A stretch of DNA of 32,000 nt from an uncultured Actinomycetes bacterium (lineage in GTDB: Bacteria; Actinomycetota; Actinomycetes; S36-B12; CAIYMF01). A program made the position numbers and the translations under genes. The stretch spans positions 840,001-872,000 of the forward strand of contig CAWJMG010000001.1 in NCBI GenBank assembly GCA_963843975.1, in the 5' to 3' direction. Under the pieces are notes generated by a model, which was not told where the DNA came from, made no database searches, and worked only from the letters and a program-made list of their open reading frames with translations. Below are positions 1 to 11,011 of the stretch, piece after piece. Numbering within the stretch: the stretch's first letter is position 1; each line of letters begins with the position of its first letter.

Positions 1-1706
<1,706 letters not shown>

Positions 1707-2180
1707 GGGCTGGGGGCCTCACGGCCCCGTCCCTCCTGACTGTGCTTGCTGGGTGACGGGCTGGCGAGCGGGCACGGGGGTCCTCGGACGGCGCTCCCGG
1801 GGCTCCGGGCGCGCGAACGAGGTCCCTCGAAGGTACACCGGCCCAGCGGTCACCGCCGTCCCGCGTGCCCCCTCACCAGCACAGACGCCCGCGGGACCCC
1901 ACCTGTTCCCCCGTTCACCCGGGGCAGAACCCAACCGATGGCGAGCCGGCGCTTGAGCTCGCTCAGTCAGCGTTCGACCTGCCCTACCCGCGCCGGGGCG
2001 AAGCCCGCGCGCCGACGACGGGCCCCGACGAAGGAGGGGCCCCGAGGAGGCGCGCACGTGGCCCAGCTGCGAGGAGGCCCGACGAAGGAGGGTCGCCGAG
2101 CAGATGGGCTGCGGCGCGGGTGCCCGACGCGAGGAGCGACGAAGGAGCGACGAGCTTGGAGGGCCAGAAGGCACAGAGGG

Positions 2181-2732
2181 CTAGGAATACACGTGCGGGG
2201 CCAGGGTGCCGACGACGCGGAGGTTGCGGTACTTCTCGGCGTAGTCGAGGCCGTAGCCGACGACGAACTCGTTGGGGATGTCGTAGCCGACGTAGCGGGG
2301 CTCGACCTGCACCTTGAGGGCGTCGGGCTTGCGCAGGAACGTGCACACCTCGACCGAGGCCGGGCCGCGCGAACGGAGGTTGCGCAGCAGCCAGGAGAGC
2401 GTGAGGCCGGAGTCGAGGATGTCCTCGACCACGAGCACGTGCCGGCCGGTGATGTCGCGGTCGAGGTCCTTCATGATCCGGACGACGCCGGAGGACTTCG
2501 TGCCCGCGCCGTAAGACGACACCGCCATCCAGTCCATCTCGACCGGGCCGGACATCGCGCGCGACAGGTCGGCCATGACCATGAGGGCGCCCTTCAGGAC
2601 GCCCACGAGCAGGAGGTCCTTGCCTGCGTAGTCGGCGTCGATCGCCGCGGCGAGCTCCTTCACCTTGACGGCGATGGCCTCCTCGTCGAGGAGGACCTGC
2701 GTGAGGTCGTTACCGAGGTCCGACGCGTCCAT
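2181..2732 (-). CDS. hpt: hypoxanthine phosphoribosyltransferase
   Basis: The 183-aa ORF carries the PRPP-binding loop [14 protein letters not shown] and the C-terminal [18 protein letters not shown] typical of Hpt. Its ATG shares one base with the tilS stop (TGATG at 2730-2734). Confidence 0.95.
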   Translation of the reverse strand: MDASDLGNDLTQVLLDEEAIAVKVKELAAAIDADYAGKDLLLVGVLKGALMVMADLSRAMSGPVEMDWMAVSSYGAGTKSSGVVRIMKDLDRDITGRHVLVVEDILDSGLTLSWLLRNLRSRGPASVEVCTFLRKPDALKVQVEPRYVGYDIPNEFVVGYGLDYAEKYRNLRVVGTLAPHVYS

Positions 2733-3727
2733 CAGGTCTCCTTGCGAGGCAGTGTTGTCTGGCGCAGGACGAGCCTCCCATAGTCACGGACCGCCTCGAC
2801 ACCGCCCGGCAGGGCGACGGCGCCCTGCCCCGTCCACTGGGTGACGAGACGACCCACGCGCTGCACGTGGTCGGCGCCGAGGCGGCCGGCAGGGCAGCCT
2901 CCGTCGATGAGCCACTGGCGGACGACGCGGGAGCGGACGGCCTCCGACAGCGGCTCGAGGTCGACGACGTCGAGCGTGCCCTCGTCGCGTGCGCCGTGGA
3001 TGACGTCCCACGCGACCTCGTCGGCGAGCTCGGCGAGCGCGTCCGCGTCGGCCCGGGCGAGGTCGGCCGTGCGGGCGAGCGCCTCGGCGATGCCCGGACC
3101 CAGCTCGGCCTCGAGGACGGGCAGCACGCGGTGGCGCACCCGGCTGCGGGCGAAGCGGTCGTCGTCGTTGTGCGGGTCGTCCACGACCGGTGCGCCCTCG
3201 GGCACCTCGGCCCGGACGACGTCGCGCCGCAGGTGCAGCATCGGCCGACGGAACGGCCCACGGGTCCGCGGCATCCCCGCGAGGCTGCGCGTGCCCGAGC
3301 CGCGGGCGAGGCCGAGCAAGACGGTCTCGGCCTGGTCGTCGAGCGTGTGGCCAAGGAGCACCACCTCGGCGCCGTGGTCGCGCGCGGCACGGAAGAGCGC
3401 GCGGTACCGGGCATCGCGGGCCGCGGCCTCCGGACCGTCGCCGGCCTCGACCACGGCGACCGGCACGACGAGGACCGGGTCGAGGCCGCTTTCGAGCAGC
3501 CAGGCCGCGGTGCGCGCGGCGACCTCCGCGGACCCAGCCTGGAGGCCGTGGTCGACCACGACGGCGCCGGCGCGGTCGCGCACTGCGCGCGTCGCGTGGG
3601 CGAGGGAGAGGGAGTCGGCACCGCCCGAGCAGGCGACGAGGACGAGTGCCGCGGGCTCGAGGTCGGACAGCTCGTCGCGCACCGCCCGGCGTACGGCGGA
3701 TCCACGGGGACCGATGTCGGCGGGCAC
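2732..3727 (-). CDS. tilS: tRNA(Ile)-lysidine synthase
   Basis: This is the 3' two-thirds of ORF 2732..4312. It has the PP-loop motif [14 protein letters not shown], then [19 protein letters not shown]. The in-frame GTG at 3727 lies 14 nt downstream of the upstream gene's stop (3742). The upstream extension of the ORF is R/P-rich junk. Confidence 0.88.
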   Translation of the reverse strand: MPADIGPRGSAVRRAVRDELSDLEPAALVLVACSGGADSLSLAHATRAVRDRAGAVVVDHGLQAGSAEVAARTAAWLLESGLDPVLVVPVAVVEAGDGPEAAARDARYRALFRAARDHGAEVVLLGHTLDDQAETVLLGLARGSGTRSLAGMPRTRGPFRRPMLHLRRDVVRAEVPEGAPVVDDPHNDDDRFARSRVRHRVLPVLEAELGPGIAEALARTADLARADADALAELADEVAWDVIHGARDEGTLDVVDLEPLSEAVRSRVVRQWLIDGGCPAGRLGADHVQRVGRLVTQWTGQGAVALPGGVEAVRDYGRLVLRQTTLPRKET

Positions 3728-3741
3728 GGGGCAGGCGGCCC

Positions 3742-4785
3742 TCAGGCCAGGAGGTCGGGGACGACGCGGCTGCACCAGGCGGCCGGGTCGAGCACCTCGT
3801 CGCGGGTGGGCAGGGTCTCCGGGGAGGTCCACACGCGGTTGAACCCGTCGCGGCCGACGGCACCGACGACGTGCGACACGAACGAGCGGCCCTCGGTGTA
3901 CTGGCGCATCTTGGCGTCGAGGCCGAGAAGGCGCCGGGCGAGGCCGTCGACGGCCCCCGGCTCGCCGCGGCGCTTCTCGAAGCGCTCCCTGATCTGGGCG
4001 ACCGACGGCACGATCTCGGGGCCGACGTCGTCCATCACGTGGTCGGCGTGGCCCTCGAGCAGGCTCATGAGCGCAGTGATGCGGTCGAAGACGACGCGCT
4101 GGTCCTCGGTCTGCACGGCGTCGACGAGCGAGGCGCCGGCGTCGCCGCGCACCGCGGCGACGATCGAGCCGAGGCCCTGCATGAGCCGCTTGACCGAGTC
4201 GCCGACACCGATCTCCGACAGCGCGAGGTAGTCGTGGATCTCGCCGACGAGGTGCTGCGACAGCCACGGCACCGCGCCGAACTGCACGCGGTGCGTCTCC
4301 TCGTGCAGGCACACCCAGAGGCGGAAGTCGCGGGAGTCGACGTCGAGGTGGCGCTCGGCGGCGACGATGTTGGGGGCGACGAGCAGGAGGCGGCCGCTCG
4401 AGGACGTCGTGAACGCCTCGTACTGGCCGAGCACCTTGCCCGACAGGTAGGCGAGGACGCCGCCGAGCTCGACCGCCGTCAGCCGCGAGCCGACCGTGGT
4501 GACGACTCCGGGCTGCTCGGTGGCCATGCGCTCGAGCAGCGGCGCGAGCACGACGCGGAAGCCGTCCACGTTGCTGTCGACCCAGGCGCTGCGGTCGACC
4601 ACCACGGCGTCAGGGGCGTCGCCGGCGTCGAGGCCGGTGCGCTCGCGGACCGGGCCGACGGCGTACCGGGCGAGGGCGCGGAGCTCGGCCACCGCCGAAC
4701 GGGCGTCCTCGGGCGTGCCACCGGGACCCCGCGGCGCGAAGCTGCGCGCGGTGGATCGGGCCAGGCCCCAGTCGACGACCTCCAC
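3742..4785 (-). CDS. zinc-dependent metalloprotease (HEXXH; actinobacterial family conserved between dacB and tilS)
   Basis: This is the C-terminal 347 aa of ORF 3742..6222. It starts at GTG 4785 (VEVVDWGLARSTARSF..) and has the HEXXH site VCLHEETHRVQF. The remaining 5' part of the long ORF is off-frame over dacB. The start is chosen from homolog-like N-terminus and spacing and is not proven. Confidence 0.82.
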   Translation of the reverse strand: MEVVDWGLARSTARSFAPRGPGGTPEDARSAVAELRALARYAVGPVRERTGLDAGDAPDAVVVDRSAWVDSNVDGFRVVLAPLLERMATEQPGVVTTVGSRLTAVELGGVLAYLSGKVLGQYEAFTTSSSGRLLLVAPNIVAAERHLDVDSRDFRLWVCLHEETHRVQFGAVPWLSQHLVGEIHDYLALSEIGVGDSVKRLMQGLGSIVAAVRGDAGASLVDAVQTEDQRVVFDRITALMSLLEGHADHVMDDVGPEIVPSVAQIRERFEKRRGEPGAVDGLARRLLGLDAKMRQYTEGRSFVSHVVGAVGRDGFNRVWTSPETLPTRDEVLDPAAWCSRVVPDLLA

Positions 4786-4859
4786 CCGCGTGACCCTACG
4801 CGAGGCACCGCCGGGATCCCGCGCCGAGGCTGCCCTGGCCTCCGGGCCGTGCGAGGCCG

Positions 4860-6257
4860 TCAGGCGGCGGCGATCGCCGCGGCCGCGCGGTCGAGCGCGG
4901 CCTGGGCGTCGAGCAGCGGGCCCGGCGAGGCGTCGGCGAGGAACGCGAAGACCCGCAGCCGGCCGGACTGGTCGCGGGCCATGCCCGCCAGGGTGACGAC
5001 GCCCGACAGCGTGCCGGTCTTGGCGCGCACCACGCCCCGGCCCGGCGAGGTGCCCGGGGTGTCGAAGCGCTCCGTGAGCGTGCCGGTGACGCCGGCGATG
5101 GGGAGCCCGGTCGAGAGCGGCCAGAGGATCCCCGCGGACGTTCCGACCGGCGGCTCGTCGCGGGCACCCGCGGCCAGCACTCCCGCGAGGGTGCGCGCGC
5201 TGACGGCGTTCCGGCGCGACAGTCCGCTGCCGTCGACGAGCGCGAGCCCTGTCGTCGGGACGCCGAGGCCCTCCACCACCTGGGCGGTGGCCTTCGCGCC
5301 GCCGGCGAAGGTCGGGTCGCCCATGAGCTTCGCACCGGACAGGTGGGCGAGCGCCTCCGCCAGGTCGTTGTCCGACGTCGTCAGCATCCGCTCGACGAGG
5401 TCGGCGACGGTCGGGCTGCTCACCGTGGCCAGTTGCTGCGCCCCCGCGACCGCCACGGTGCGGGAGACGTCGGACGAGACGTTGATGCCGGCCTTGCCGA
5501 GGCGTTGGGCGAACCAGAGGCCGGCAGCGAGGGCGGGGTCGGCGTCGCGGACGCGCGAGTCGGCGGACACCTTGCCGCTGTCGGCCGAGAGCGCACTGAC
5601 CGGCGAGACGACGCCGGTGCTGACGTACGACGTGGGCCACCCGGGAGCCGTCCGCGGGCCGCGGAAGAGCGAGTCGTCGACCCGCACGGTGACCGACGTG
5701 ACGCCGGCCGCCTTGAGCGCTTTCGCCGTCGAGCGGGCGAGCTCGGCGAGGGACGCCGGCCGGGCCGCCTGGCCGGCGGGCAGCTGGCCGGCCGTCGCCG
5801 TGACGCGGGTGAGGGTGGCGTCGCCGGCGCCGACGAGGACGATCTCGTTCGCGGACGACCCGCGCACGACCGACGTGACCAGCCGCGTCTCGGGGCCGAG
5901 CGCCGTCAGCGCGGTGACGGCCGTCATGGTCTTCGCGGTGCTCGCGGGCGCCTGGGTGCGCGACTCGTCGTCGCTGAGGACGACGTCGCCGCTCGCGACG
6001 TCGATGACGACCGCGGTGGTGTCGGTGCCGAGCGGCGCCGAGCGCAAGGCCTTGGTCACGGCGGCGACCAGGCCCTTGTCCGAGGTCGTCGGCGAGGGCG
6101 AGGGTGCGCCGTCCGCGACGGGCAGAACGACCGCGGGCGCGGACGGGGGTGCAGGAACGGCCGTGGGCAGCCCGGTCGCGGGGGTCCCGGCGAGCAGGGG
6201 GAGGGCGAGGGCGAGCGCGCACGCGACGACGATCGTCGGGCGGCGCACGGTGCTCAC
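4860..6257 (-). CDS. dacB: D-alanyl-D-alanine carboxypeptidase/endopeptidase (PBP4 / S13 family)
   Basis: The 465-aa ORF has a signal peptide ([20 protein letters not shown]) and the motifs SxxK (ASTAKTMT), SxN (TSDNDLAE) and KTG (AKTGTLSG). It starts at GTG 6257, preceded by GAGAGGAAG. Confidence 0.9.
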   Translation of the reverse strand: MSTVRRPTIVVACALALALPLLAGTPATGLPTAVPAPPSAPAVVLPVADGAPSPSPTTSDKGLVAAVTKALRSAPLGTDTTAVVIDVASGDVVLSDDESRTQAPASTAKTMTAVTALTALGPETRLVTSVVRGSSANEIVLVGAGDATLTRVTATAGQLPAGQAARPASLAELARSTAKALKAAGVTSVTVRVDDSLFRGPRTAPGWPTSYVSTGVVSPVSALSADSGKVSADSRVRDADPALAAGLWFAQRLGKAGINVSSDVSRTVAVAGAQQLATVSSPTVADLVERMLTTSDNDLAEALAHLSGAKLMGDPTFAGGAKATAQVVEGLGVPTTGLALVDGSGLSRRNAVSARTLAGVLAAGARDEPPVGTSAGILWPLSTGLPIAGVTGTLTERFDTPGTSPGRGVVRAKTGTLSGVVTLAGMARDQSGRLRVFAFLADASPGPLLDAQAALDRAAAAIAAA

Positions 6258-6451
6258 GCTCTTCCTCTCGCTGCTGGGCGGCGGACGATCGGCCGTTCGC
6301 GGGTGACCCGGGTCACGCCGCCAGCGGGAGCGTCGAGGTCTCGGTCACGGACGGGGTCCGCGTACGGAACACTAGGCGACGGACGACGACGTCCGGGAAT
6401 CCGGCTGCGTGGTCCATCCCTCGACCAGAACCTGACAGCAGGAGCATCCCC

Positions 6452-6979
6452 GTGGAGTTCGACGTCCTGATCGAGATCCCTGCCGGCTCGCGCAACAAGT
6501 ACGAGGTCGACCACCTCACCGGCCGGATCCGCCTCGACCGCATGCTCTTCACCTCGACGCGCTACCCGCACGACTACGGCTACATCGAGGGCACCCTCGG
6601 CCAGGACGGCGACCCGCTCGACGCCATGGTGCTGCTGCAGGAGCCGACGTTCCCGGGCTGCCTCATCAAGTGCCGCGCGATCGGGATGTTCCGCATGACC
6701 GACGAGGCCGGCGGAGACGACAAGGTGCTGTGCGTGCCGTCGGGCGACCCGCGCCTCGAGCACCTGCGCGACATCCACCACGTGGCCGAGTTCGACCGCC
6801 TCGAGATCCAGCACTTCTTCGAGGTCTACAAGGACCTCGAGCCCGGCAAGAGCGTCGAGGGCGCCACCTGGGCCGGCCGCACCGACGCCGAGGCCGAGAT
6901 CCACGCCTCCGTCGCGCGTCACCTCGAGCACGAGGCCGCGCAGGAGTCCGCGATCGAGGACGCCTCGCACGACGCCTAG
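6452..6979 (+). CDS. ppa: inorganic pyrophosphatase (family I)
   Basis: This is the in-frame part of ORF 6104..6979. GTG 6452 is preceded by GGAG (6441-6444). The sequence reads [20 protein letters not shown]...[24 protein letters not shown]...DDKVLCV, a canonical soluble PPase. Confidence 0.93.
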   Translation: MEFDVLIEIPAGSRNKYEVDHLTGRIRLDRMLFTSTRYPHDYGYIEGTLGQDGDPLDAMVLLQEPTFPGCLIKCRAIGMFRMTDEAGGDDKVLCVPSGDPRLEHLRDIHHVAEFDRLEIQHFFEVYKDLEPGKSVEGATWAGRTDAEAEIHASVARHLEHEAAQESAIEDASHDA

Positions 6980-7004
6980 CAGCACCGCCGCCGTACGTCT
7001 CCGG

Positions 7005-7034
7005 AGCCCCCGCCACGCACGTGTGGCGGGGGCT
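7005..7034 (+). terminator. hairpin downstream of ppa (putative intrinsic terminator)
   Basis: A perfect 12-bp GC-rich stem, agcccccgccac (7005-7016) / gtggcgggggct (7023-7034), with a 6-nt loop. It is followed by tcgtcgttcc and lies 26 nt after the ppa stop. Confidence 0.6.
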
Positions 7035-7110
7035 TCGTCGTTCCTGGACGGCGGCGAGCGGGTGACCTTGCGGTCGTTCGCCGCGCAACCGCCCCCGCCT
7101 GCTCAGCACC

Positions 7111-8929
7111 ATGGGTGCAGACCGGCCCGTCGGGCCGGCCGGAGTCACGGACGGCCCCATGACCGAGCCCACCAGCCCCACGTCGCCGCACGCCTGGTCC
7201 CAGGTCGCGCAGGCGGTCGTGGACGCGCTCGACGCCGAGGTCGCCGTGCTCGACCGGGTGGGGCTCGTGGCAGCCACCAACCTCGCGTGGGAGAACCGCT
7301 CGCGGCACAGCCCGGCGCCCTCCGGGGCGTTCGTCGCGGCCTCGCCCGCCTCGGACCTCGTCGCCGAGCTCGGGGCCGCAGCCGACACGTCGATCTCCGC
7401 GCGCGAGGCGCTGGCCGGTCTCACGTCCGTCCTCGGCGGCAGCGTCCGCGAGTTCCGGATGGAGTACGCGGCCGAGGTCGCCGACGAGCCACGGCAGTAC
7501 CACCTCGCCATCACCTCGCTGCCGGACGGCGTCGACGGAGCCCTCGTGAGCCACGAGGACGTCACGTGGCGCCGCGCACTGGAGGGCCAGCTCGCCGACC
7601 GCGCCACCCATGACCCGCTGACCGGCCTGCCCAACCGGCTGCTGCTGCAGGACCGGCTGCGGGGAGCCCTCGTCCGCGCACAGCGCTCGGGTCATGTCGT
7701 GTCGGTGATGTACGTCGACCTCGACTGCTTCGCCTCGGTCAACGACGCTCTCGGCCACGCCGCAGGCGACCAGGTCCTCGTCGCGGTGGCCCGACGCCTC
7801 GTGCGCGCCTGCAGGACCAGCGACACCGTCACGCGGTTCGGCGCCGACGAGTTCGTGATCGTCCTCGACGACGTCGACGGCATCGACAACGTGCACCGCG
7901 TCGCCCGCCGCGTGCTCGAGTCGATGACCGCGCCGATCGTGGTGGACGGCTCGGAGCTGTACTTCACGGCCTCGGTCGGGGTGACCGTCTCCGGCGGCGA
8001 GCTGCCGCCGACGACGGCCACGGCGGACGGCCTCGTGCGCGACGCCGCTACGGCGGCGTACCGCGCCAAGGAGCAGGGGCGCGACCGGTTCGTGGTGTTC
8101 GAGCCGTCCATGCGAGAGCGCGTGGCCGAGCGGCTCGCCACGACCACCGCGCTGCGGCAGGCCGTGGCGCGCAACGAGCTTCCGGGTGGCGTATCAGCCG
8201 CTGTTCTCGTGCGCGGACGACCAGGTGGTGGGTGCCGAGGCGCTGCTGCGCTGGCAGAGCCCCGAGCGCGGGCTCGTGGCGCCCGGCGACTTCCTCGCTG
8301 TCGCCGAGGAGACCGGGCTCATCGTCGAGATCGGCGCGTGGGTGCTCGACGAGGCCTGCCGCCAGATGGCGGCGTGGCAGCGCATCGCACCCTCGTCGTT
8401 CCGAGTGGCCGTCAACATGTCCGCGCGCCAGCTCGCCGACCCGAATGTCGCCGCGATGTTCCGCGCGACGGCCGCGCGGCACGACGTCGATCCGCACCGC
8501 GTCAGCATCGAGATCACCGAGCGCACCCTGGCCGATGACCCCGAGTCGGCCGAGCGCACGCTGCACTACCTGCTCGGCCACGGCGTTCGCGTGTCGATCG
8601 ACAACTTCGGCACCGGCTACTCCTCGCTCGCCCACCTGCAGCGCTTCCCCGCGGGAGTGCTGAAGATCGACCGGTTCTTCGTGAGCCGGCTCCCGCACGA
8701 CCGCACGGCGTCGTCCCTCGTCGCCGGCATCGTCGGCCTCGCCGCCGCGCTCGGCATCGAGACGGTCGCCGAAGGAGTGGAGACGGCCGAGCAGCACGAC
8801 GCGGCCGTCGCGCTCGGCTGCGACCTCTACCAGGGCTACTACAAGGCCCGCCCCGGAGCGCCCGAGATCGTCACGAGCCTGCTCGAGAGCCGCACCGGCG
8901 TCACCCTCCTTCCGGTCCGCCGCGCCTGA
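7111..8929 (+). pseudogene. PAS-GGDEF-EAL c-di-GMP signalling protein, reading frame interrupted at the GGDEF|EAL junction
   Basis: ORF 7111..8538 encodes a PAS-like domain plus a GGDEF domain (HDPLTGLPNR; I-site RTSD; degenerate A-site GADEF) up to ..ALRQAVARNEL. It then runs into junk. ORF 8186..8929 (frame +1) continues with (V)AYQPLF...GAEALLRWQ, NMSARQL, EITE, DNFGTGYSSL, KIDRFF, EGVET and QGYY, an intact EAL domain. Removing one C at 8182/8183 restores ..RNELRVAYQP... The N-terminal start (7111 versus ATG 7159) is uncertain. Confidence 0.8.
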
Positions 8930-8994
8930 CACGTCACTCACGCAGGAGCCAGAGGACCCGTTCGGTTTCTGGCGCTTCGGTAGTGATGCGGGGG

Positions 8995-9366
8995 TCAGGC
9001 AGGGCCGAGGGCTCGGCGTACCGCGTCCTGCGCGTCGTCGGCCGCGACGCCCAGCAGCGCCGCGGTGCGCGCGTACTGCTCGGCCGCCTCGGCGAGACGG
9101 CGGCGGCGCTCCGATGCGGGCTGCACGACGCCGTCGGCGACCACCGTGCCCGTGCGGCGCCGTGACACGACGAGGCCGGCCTGCTCGAGCTCGGTGTACG
9201 CGCGGGCGACCGTGCCGCCGGCGAGCCCGAGGTCGTGCGCGAGCTGGCGGATCGAGGGCAGCCGGTCGCCGGCGGCGAGGGTGCCCGTGGCCACCATCGC
9301 CTCGATCTGCGCGCGGATCTGCTCGTACGGCGGCACCGCCGAGCCCGGGTCGACCGTCAGGATCAC
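8995..9366 (-). CDS. GntR-family transcriptional regulator (short, YtrA-like)
   Basis: This is the 3' part of ORF 8995..9459. It starts at GTG 9366 (VILTVDPGSAVPPYEQIRAQIEAMVATGTLAAGDRLPSIRQLAHDLGLAGGTVARAYTELEQAGLV), a winged-HTH GntR signature. The start overlaps the upstream gene's stop by 4 nt (GTGA, 9363-9366). Confidence 0.85.
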   Translation of the reverse strand: MILTVDPGSAVPPYEQIRAQIEAMVATGTLAAGDRLPSIRQLAHDLGLAGGTVARAYTELEQAGLVVSRRRTGTVVADGVVQPASERRRRLAEAAEQYARTAALLGVAADDAQDAVRRALGPA

Positions 9367-10271
9367 GGCAGCGCCTCGGCCGCCCGGACGATCGGGAACG
9401 GCGTGCGCATCAGACGGCGTCCGACCACGAAGCCGGCGATCGGAATGACGAGGCCGCACACGACCAGCACGAGGACACCGGCCGCCGCGATCGGGACGAC
9501 CCCGCCGTCAGGGCCGCCCTCGAACGCCGAGACGCCGCCGCGGGCAAGCAGCGCTACGAGGAGGCCTGCCACGGCCAGCGATGCGGCCCACGTGCAGATG
9601 CCCACCGAGGCGCCGGCGATCGCATGCAACGAACGGGAGCGCACCGCGTCGTCGGCCTCGGCGACGTCGGGCGAGAGATCGGGGCGCGGCCGCTCAACGA
9701 CGTAGCGGCTGACGACGGCGAGCACCCCGGCCACCGCTGCCGCGCCGTAACCACCGAGGAGCACCCACAGGTCGCGGCTGCCGAGCAGCAGTGCGCATGT
9801 GGCAGCGACGAATCCGATCGCGCCGAGCAGGCGGGGCCGCGCGGTCGCCCAGGAGCCCACGTAGTCGCCGAGCTGACGACGTACGAGGGACGCGCTGCGC
9901 GGCCCGGCGCCGAGGGGGGCCCTGGCCGTTCTCAGCTCGCCGACGATGCAGCCGACCCAGTAGCCGACCAGCCCCCACAGGAGCACGGTGAGGTTGACCG
10001 TCAGCCGCTGGTTGGTGGCGGAGTCGTACGCCGTCGCCACGACGACGAGGCCGAGCGCGACGGTCACGCCCACGGTCCTCCACAGCCGAGTGCGCGCGAC
10101 GGCGTCGACCACGAGGCCGACGCTGCTGGTCGTGACTCGAACCCCAGCCAGCTGCGCGAGCTCCTCCACCTCCTCGCGCTGCACCGGGTCCAGGCGCTGC
10201 GCGAGCCAGACCAGAAGCGCGATGATGCCGCCCACGAGCGCCAGGACGAAGAGCAGACCAAACAGCGCCAT
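9363..10271 (-). CDS. polytopic membrane protein of unknown function, translationally coupled to the GntR regulator
   Basis: ORF 9363..10313. The preferred start is ATG 10271 (MALFGLLFVLALVGGIIALLVWL..), preceded by AAGGGGG 7 nt upstream. It has several hydrophobic segments and no recognisable catalytic motif. Confidence 0.72.
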   Translation of the reverse strand: MALFGLLFVLALVGGIIALLVWLAQRLDPVQREEVEELAQLAGVRVTTSSVGLVVDAVARTRLWRTVGVTVALGLVVVATAYDSATNQRLTVNLTVLLWGLVGYWVGCIVGELRTARAPLGAGPRSASLVRRQLGDYVGSWATARPRLLGAIGFVAATCALLLGSRDLWVLLGGYGAAAVAGVLAVVSRYVVERPRPDLSPDVAEADDAVRSRSLHAIAGASVGICTWAASLAVAGLLVALLARGGVSAFEGGPDGGVVPIAAAGVLVLVVCGLVIPIAGFVVGRRLMRTPFPIVRAAEALP

Positions 10272-10278
10272 CGCCGTA

Positions 10279-10339
10279 CCCCCTTGACCAGATGCAGGGC
10301 ATGAATGTATCAATACCTTGCATCATTGAGTCAAGGGGG
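10279..10339. promoter_or_regulatory. symmetric divergent promoter/operator region
   Basis: This is a low-GC island. The outer inverted repeat is cccccttgac (10279-10288) / gtcaaggggg (10330-10339). Each arm is simultaneously a TTGAC(C/T) -35-like hexamer for one direction and the Shine-Dalgarno of the opposite gene. The inner imperfect inverted repeat is gatgcaggg (10291-10299) / ccttgcatc (10316-10324). GTAT-ca-ATAC (10307-10316) fits the generic GntR GT-Nx-AC operator shape. Confidence 0.4.
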
Positions 10340-10343
10340 AGCC

Positions 10344-10955
10344 ATGAGTGACACGGCGCAACGCGTGAGCGACGAGGCGTGGAACTCGGTCAGGGGCAAG
10401 CGCCTGCCGACCGCGTGGGCGTGGGCAGTGGTGGCCGTCGTCGTCGTGCTCGTGATCGCCGTGACGGGGGTGGTGCGCGGGGGCTACCTCGTCCCCCAGC
10501 TGGACGCATCGGTCACCGGCTCGGCGGCGACCGCGGACAGTGGAACGTTCGACCTACGCTTCACGCTGACGAACGAGGGCAGCAGCGGGGTCACGGTGAG
10601 CGACATCCGCACGGGCGCGTCGTGGCTGACCATCGCCGCCGTCACCTGGCCGGCGGGGACGAATCAGGGTGCGGGCGCGCTGCCCGACCCAGCGCTCGCC
10701 GACGTCCTCCCGCTCACGCTGGGACCGCACAGCGGCCTCGAAGTGCGCCTCGTCCTGAAGGTCGACTGCGACAAGCGCACGTCGGAGGGCGTCCCCATCC
10801 TCATCGACGCCCGCGCCATGGCCGGCACGCACGAGACGGTGTTCGTGCCCATGGCCACCGCACCGTTGATCCTGAGCGGGAACTCTGCGATGCAGCCCTG
10901 GCCGGTCTCCAGCGTCGACTGGGTCTGCACCCCCTACCAGGACGACGACGCCTGA
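10344..10955 (+). CDS. hypothetical single-pass membrane-anchored protein
   Basis: ORF 10305..10955. The preferred start is ATG 10344, preceded by AAGGGGGAG. It has an N-terminal TM (WAWAVVAVVVVLVIAVTGVV) followed by a roughly 150-aa extracytoplasmic domain with no motif I recognise. Confidence 0.68.
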   Translation: MSDTAQRVSDEAWNSVRGKRLPTAWAWAVVAVVVVLVIAVTGVVRGGYLVPQLDASVTGSAATADSGTFDLRFTLTNEGSSGVTVSDIRTGASWLTIAAVTWPAGTNQGAGALPDPALADVLPLTLGPHSGLEVRLVLKVDCDKRTSEGVPILIDARAMAGTHETVFVPMATAPLILSGNSAMQPWPVSSVDWVCTPYQDDDA

Positions 10956-11011
10956 CCGTCCTGGTCGGTACGCGTGAGCCCCGAGCGCGGGGCGGTCCGG
11001 AGCGGGCCCGG

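Noticed and set aside
1719-2174. 151-aa minus-strand ORF filling the hpt-ftsH spacer
   Set aside because: It is an R/S/P/G-rich low-complexity product (LLRR.. repeats generated by the nucleotide repeat). It has no SD and no recognisable domain, so it is probably not coding, though a degraded gene remnant cannot be excluded.
2058-2783. + strand ORF starting at GTG 2058 behind a perfect AGGAGG-N7 Shine-Dalgarno (also the 26-codon ORF 2104..2184 behind AAGGAGG)
   Set aside because: The long ORF runs antisense through hpt with junk composition. The SD-like strings are the complement of the repeated CTCCTTCGTCG motif and are better treated as part of that repeat, which is reported as a finding.
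3190-6306. 1038-aa + strand ORF, the longest in the track
   Set aside because: It runs antisense across tilS, the Zn-metalloprotease gene and dacB, all of which have clear family motifs on the minus strand. Its R/P/G-rich composition is typical of stop-free off-strand frames in high-GC DNA.
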